Shown here one piece after another: positions 19,795 through 23,539 of a stretch of 23,539 nucleotides of DNA. The DNA lies in the NCBI GenBank assembly GCA_977017575.1, contig CDRNVI010000183.1:1-23539 (forward strand). The letters run 5' to 3'. The notes under the pieces are model-generated. The model had not been told where the DNA came from. It did no database searches and saw nothing but the letters and a program-made list of their open reading frames with translations. The stretch's first letter is position 1. Each line of letters begins with the position of its first letter. Origin of the DNA: Paramoeba atlantica (Eukaryota > Protista > Discosea). Made by a program: the position numbers and the translations under genes.

Positions 19795-20515
19795 AAAAGA
19801 ACTATTGCTTTTTTAACTTGAAAAGACCAATTCTTATGCTTCAAAACAGAAGATAAGGGTTTAGGGTGGTTCATACACATTCTATCAGAAAATTATTATT
19901 ATTATTTATTATTTTAAAGAGAAAAGAAAGAGAGGAGAGAGAGGGGAAAGAGGAGAGAGGGGAGAGGGAGAGAGGGAGAGAGGAGAAAGAGGAGGAAGAG
20001 GAGAGGAAGAGGAGAGGAAGAGGAGAAAGAAAGAGAGAAAAAAAGAACCAGGAGAGTCACTTCTCCACCAAAAACAATTCCCACCTCAGTTAACATTCTC
20101 TTTGTTGCAGACACATCTGGAGAAAAAGAAAAGAGAGAGAAGAGATTAGGGGAGAGGAGAGAAAGGGAAAAAAAGAGAAAAGAGGATGAGAAAAATAATT
20201 CCTTGAGAAGAGAAGAGAAGAGAAGAGAAGAGAAGAGAAGAGAAGAGAAGAGAAGAGAAGAGAAGAGAAGAGAAGAGAGAGATAAGAAGAAAAAGAGAAG
20301 AGAAATAGAGAGAACAAAGAAGAGAAGAGAAGAGAAGAGGAAAGGAGAGACTTTGTAAACACTAATTAATTTTAATTCATTTGAGATTTGAACCACCCAT
20401 ATTTCCTCTGTACCATATAAGTCTAATAAGAATGAAAGAGAAGAGAAAAAAGAGAAGAGAGAAAAAAGAAGAAAAAGAAAGAAAAGAGAAAATTTGTTAA
20501 TTTAAACATACACAC
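19795..20515. repeat. Subtelomeric duplicated block, proximal copy (islands g, h, i)
   Basis: Islands at 19803-19881, 20049-20116 and 20352-20422 recur in the same order at 21995-22073, 22191-22258 and 22692-22762. Confidence 0.92.
20206..20275. repeat. (AGAAG)14 microsatellite
   Basis: Perfect pentamer run. Confidence 0.95.
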
Positions 20516-20664
20516 TCAAGAAAATAAAAAATCAAGAAAGAGAGAGGGAGAGAAAAGAGAAGAAGAAAGAAGAAAGAAGAAAGAAGAAAGAAGAAAGAAG
20601 AAAGAGAAAGAAGAAAGAGAAAGAAAAAAGAAAAAAGAGAAAGAGAGAGAGAAAGAGAAAAGAC

Positions 20665-20750
20665 CTTCATAAATATTGCATTTCAGAATCATAAACACAT
20701 TCATACTTCTTGCAAGAGGCACCAAAAAAGATTGATCTCCAAATTCAAAT
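20665..20750 (-). other. Candidate exon d, copy 2
   Basis: ctctcag|ATTTG...GAAG|gtcttt; joins in phase to candidate exon i (20352-20422) to give ...KCNIYE-D-LYGTEEIWVVQISNELKLISVYK. Confidence 0.45.
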
Positions 20751-20751
20751 C

Positions 20752-20785
<34 letters not shown>

Positions 20786-21038
20786 GAATGAAAGAAAAAG
20801 AGAAGAAAGAGAGAAAGGGAGAAAGAGAAAGAAAAAAGAGGGAAAAGAAAAAGAAAGAAAAAGAAAGAAAGAAAAGGAAGAAAAAAGAGAGAAGGAGAAA
20901 GAGGGGAAGAGGAAAGAGAGAGAAGAGAGAGAGAAGAGGGAAGAAGAGAGAGAAGAGAAAGAAGAGAAAGAAGAAAAGAGAAAAGAGAGAAAAGAGAGAG
21001 AAGAGAGAAGAAGAAAAGAACTAAGATTATTTTTGGTG

Positions 21039-21071
<33 letters not shown>

Positions 21072-21304
21072 GAGAGAGAGAAAAAAGAAAAAACCAAAAA
21101 AAAAGAGAACAAGAATAGAGTCCAATTTAAAAGTAAGGAGTAATGAATCAAACAAAGATTTAAAAGAAAAGAAATTGAAAGAAGAGAAAATTAAAAAAAA
21201 AAATGAGAAAAAACTAAAGAAAACATTTTTCTTTTTGTCCAGTGGGACAAAAAATATTAAAAAACAAAAATAAAAATAAAAATAAAAATAAAAATCAGAA
21301 AAAA

Positions 21305-21375
21305 GGAGAGGAGAGGAGAGGAGAGGAGAGGAGAGGAGAGGAGAAGAGAGGAGAGGAGAAGAGAGGAGAGGAGAG
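21305..21375. repeat. (GGAGA)n microsatellite, imperfect
   Basis: About 14 pentamer units with a few G>A variants. Confidence 0.9.
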
Positions 21376-21984
21376 AAGAAAAAAAAAACAGAGAAAGAAG
21401 AGAGAGAAAAAAAACCTTTTAATTTTTCAGAAATATATTTTTCTCAGTTTTATGTGCATGAAAGAAAGAAAGAGAGAGAGAAAAAGAAAAATAAGAATAG
21501 AAAAAGAAAAAAAAGAAAAGAAAAAAACCTTTTCTCTATGGAGAGAAGAAAATTAAATTATTGAATCATTTCATCAGTTTCATTTTCTATTTTATCAAAT
21601 AAAATATTTTAAAGAATGAAGAGTGGAAAGAGAAGAGAAGAGAAGAGAAAAGAAAGAGAGAGAGAGAGAGAGAAGAGAGAATGAAAAAAGAGAAAAAAAC
21701 AAAGAATAAAAAAAGAAAAGAGAGAAAAAAAGGGAAAAAGAGAGGGAAAAAGAAAGGGAAAGAGGAAAGAAGTGAGAAGACAAGAGAGAAAGAAGAGAAG
21801 AGAAGAGAGAAGGAAGAGAAGAGAGAAAGAAGAGAAGGAAGAGAAGGAAGAGAAGGAAGAGAAGAGAGAAGAAGAGAAGAAGAGAAGAGAAAAGAGAAAA
21901 AAAAAGAAAAGAGAAGAGAAGAGAGAAGAGAAGGAGAGAAGGAGAGAAGAGAAGAGAAGAGAAGAGAAGAGAGAAAAGAGAGAG

Positions 21985-22862
21985 AAAAGAAAACCATTGC
22001 TTTTTTAACTTGAAAAGACCAATCCTTATGCTCCAAAACATAAGATAAGGGTTTTGGGTGGTTCATACACATTCTATCAGAAAATTATTATTTATTTATT
22101 ATTTTAGAAAAAGAAGAGAGAAAGAAGAAAGAGGAAGAAGAGGAGAGAAAGAGGAGAAAGAAAGAGAAGAGGGGAAAAGAAAAAAAGAACCAAGAGAGTC
22201 ATTTCTCCACCAAAAACAATCCTCACCTCAGTTAACACTCTCTTTGTTACATACACATCTGGAGAAAAAGAAAAGAGAGAGAAGAGATTAAAGGGGAGAG
22301 GAGAGAAAGAGAAAAAAAGAGAAAAGAGGATTAGAAAAATAATTCCTTGAAGATAAAAAAGAGAAAAGAGAGAGAGAAGAGAGAGAGAGAAGAGAAGATA
22401 AGAGAAGAGAAGAAAAAGAGAGGAGAGAGGGAGAGAGGAGAGGAGAGGAGAAGAGAAGGGAAGAGAAGAGAAGAGAAATCCTAGAAACATAACCCTTTTG
22501 ATATTACCAGTAACATTTATTTACAAATAAGAACTTCTCTCATGTGTGCATACATGCTTTCTGAGAAAGGAAGAAGAAGAAAAAGAGAAAAGAAGAAGAG
22601 AAAAGAAGAAAGAGGAAATATTAGTCAATCAAAAGGGAAGAAAAACAGAGAAGAAAAAGAAAAGAAAAAGAAAAAGAAAAAGAGGAAAAACTTTGGAAAC
22701 AATTAATTTTAATTCATTTGAGATTTGAACCACCCAAAAATATTCTTCTGTACCAAAGAAGGTCAATAAAAATGAAAGAGAAGAGAGAGAAAAGAGAAGA
22801 GAGAAAAGAGAAGAAAAAGAAAGAAAAGAGAAAACTTATTCATTTAAACATACTACACTTAA
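21985..22862. repeat. Subtelomeric duplicated block, distal copy, truncated by the telomere
   Basis: Same islands as 19795-20515, with extra unique sequence at about 22480-22640 where the proximal copy has (AGAAG)n. Confidence 0.92.
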
Positions 22863-23539
22863 TTAGGGTTTAGGGTTTAGGGTTTAGGGTTTAGGGTTTA
22901 GGGTTTAGGGTTTAGGGTTTAGGGTTTAGGGTTTAGGGTTTAGGGTTTAGGGTTTAGGGTTTAGGGTTTAGGGTTTAGGGTTTAGGGTTTAGGGTTTAGG
23001 GTTTAGGGTTTAGGGTTTAGGGTTTAGGGTTTAGGGTTTAGGGTTTAGGGTTTAGGGTTTAGGGTTTAGGGTTTAGGGTTTAGGGTTTAGGGTTTAGGGT
23101 TTAGGGTTTAGGGTTTAGGGTTTAGGGTTTAGGGTTTAGGGTTTAGGGTTTAGGGTTTAGGGTTTAGGGTTTAGGGTTTAGGGTTTAGGGTTTAGGGTTT
23201 AGGGTTTAGGGTTTAGGGTTTAGGGTTTAGGGTTTAGGGTTTAGGGTTTAGGGTTTAGGGTTTAGGGTTTAGGGTTTAGGGTTTAGGGTTTAGGGTTTAG
23301 GGTTTAGGGTTTAGGGTTTAGGGTTTAGGGTTTAGGGTTTAGGGTTTAGGGTTTAGGGTTTAGGGTTTAGGGTTTAGGGTTTAGGGTTTAGGGTTTAGGG
23401 TTTAGGGTTTAGGGTTTAGGGTTTAGGGTTTAGGGTTTAGGGTTTAGGGTTTAGGGTTTAGGGTTTAGGGTTTAGGGTTTAGGGTTTAGGGTTTAGGGTT
23501 TAGGGTTTAGGGTTTAGGGTTTAGGGTTTAGGGTTTAGG
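22863..23539 (+). repeat. Telomeric array: one TTAGGG, then 95 perfect TTTAGGG units plus TTTAGG, with the G-rich strand running to the end
   Basis: Uninterrupted 7-mer period to the last base; no variant units seen. Confidence 0.99.

Larger units (their letters stand above)
18300..22862. repeat. Subtelomeric low-complexity region: polypurine (A/G) tracts on the + strand separated by 50-150 bp unique islands
   Basis: Directly visible; it produces all the K/E/R-rich and F/S/L-rich ORFs in the track. Confidence 0.95.

Noticed and set aside
19803-19881. WD40-like identity for the island g peptide (NHPKPLSSV)
   Set aside because: The resemblance is too short and weak to support without a profile search.
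16396-22728. Dozens of K/E/R-rich and F/S/L-rich ORFs as real proteins
   Set aside because: They are translations of A/G or T/C low-complexity tracts, which lack stop codons by composition, and are open in several frames on both strands.
1-23539. Retrotransposon-maintained telomere as in Drosophila
   Set aside because: The end is a perfect simple-repeat array typical of telomerase, and the retroelements are decayed, in mixed orientation and kilobases inside.
22863-23539. Assigning the sequence to a land plant from TTTAGGG and L1 with RNase H
   Set aside because: TTTAGGG also occurs in green algae, oomycetes and several protists, and nothing else in the window is taxonomically diagnostic.

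Overview
This is the right-hand end of a chromosome from an AT-rich eukaryote; the organism cannot be identified from the sequence. It ends in a perfect (TTTAGGG)n telomere at 22863-23539, and I found no intact host gene. Positions 1-15.8 kb are a graveyard of non-LTR retroelements. It holds four pieces of one L1-like LINE family (A), two copies of a ~420 bp SINE-like retroposon sharing the LINE's ~200 bp 3' tail, a 20 bp A/T-tract minisatellite, and a heavily decayed APE relic of a second LINE family (B). Comparing copies reconstructs family A as one ORF of about 2,100 aa: ~750 aa unassigned N-terminal region, APE, RT, CCHC, RNase H. One SINE copy sits inside that ORF with a 16 bp target-site duplication. 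At 17.0-18.3 kb is the decayed 3' part of a CRE-like (restriction-like endonuclease) retrotransposon with a 40 nt poly(A). From 18.3 to 22.9 kb is a purine-rich subtelomere whose unique islands are duplicated as a mosaic and look like spliceosomal exons on the minus strand. All repeats show C>T/G>A decay, strongest at CpG. All alignments and counts were done by eye and are approximate.
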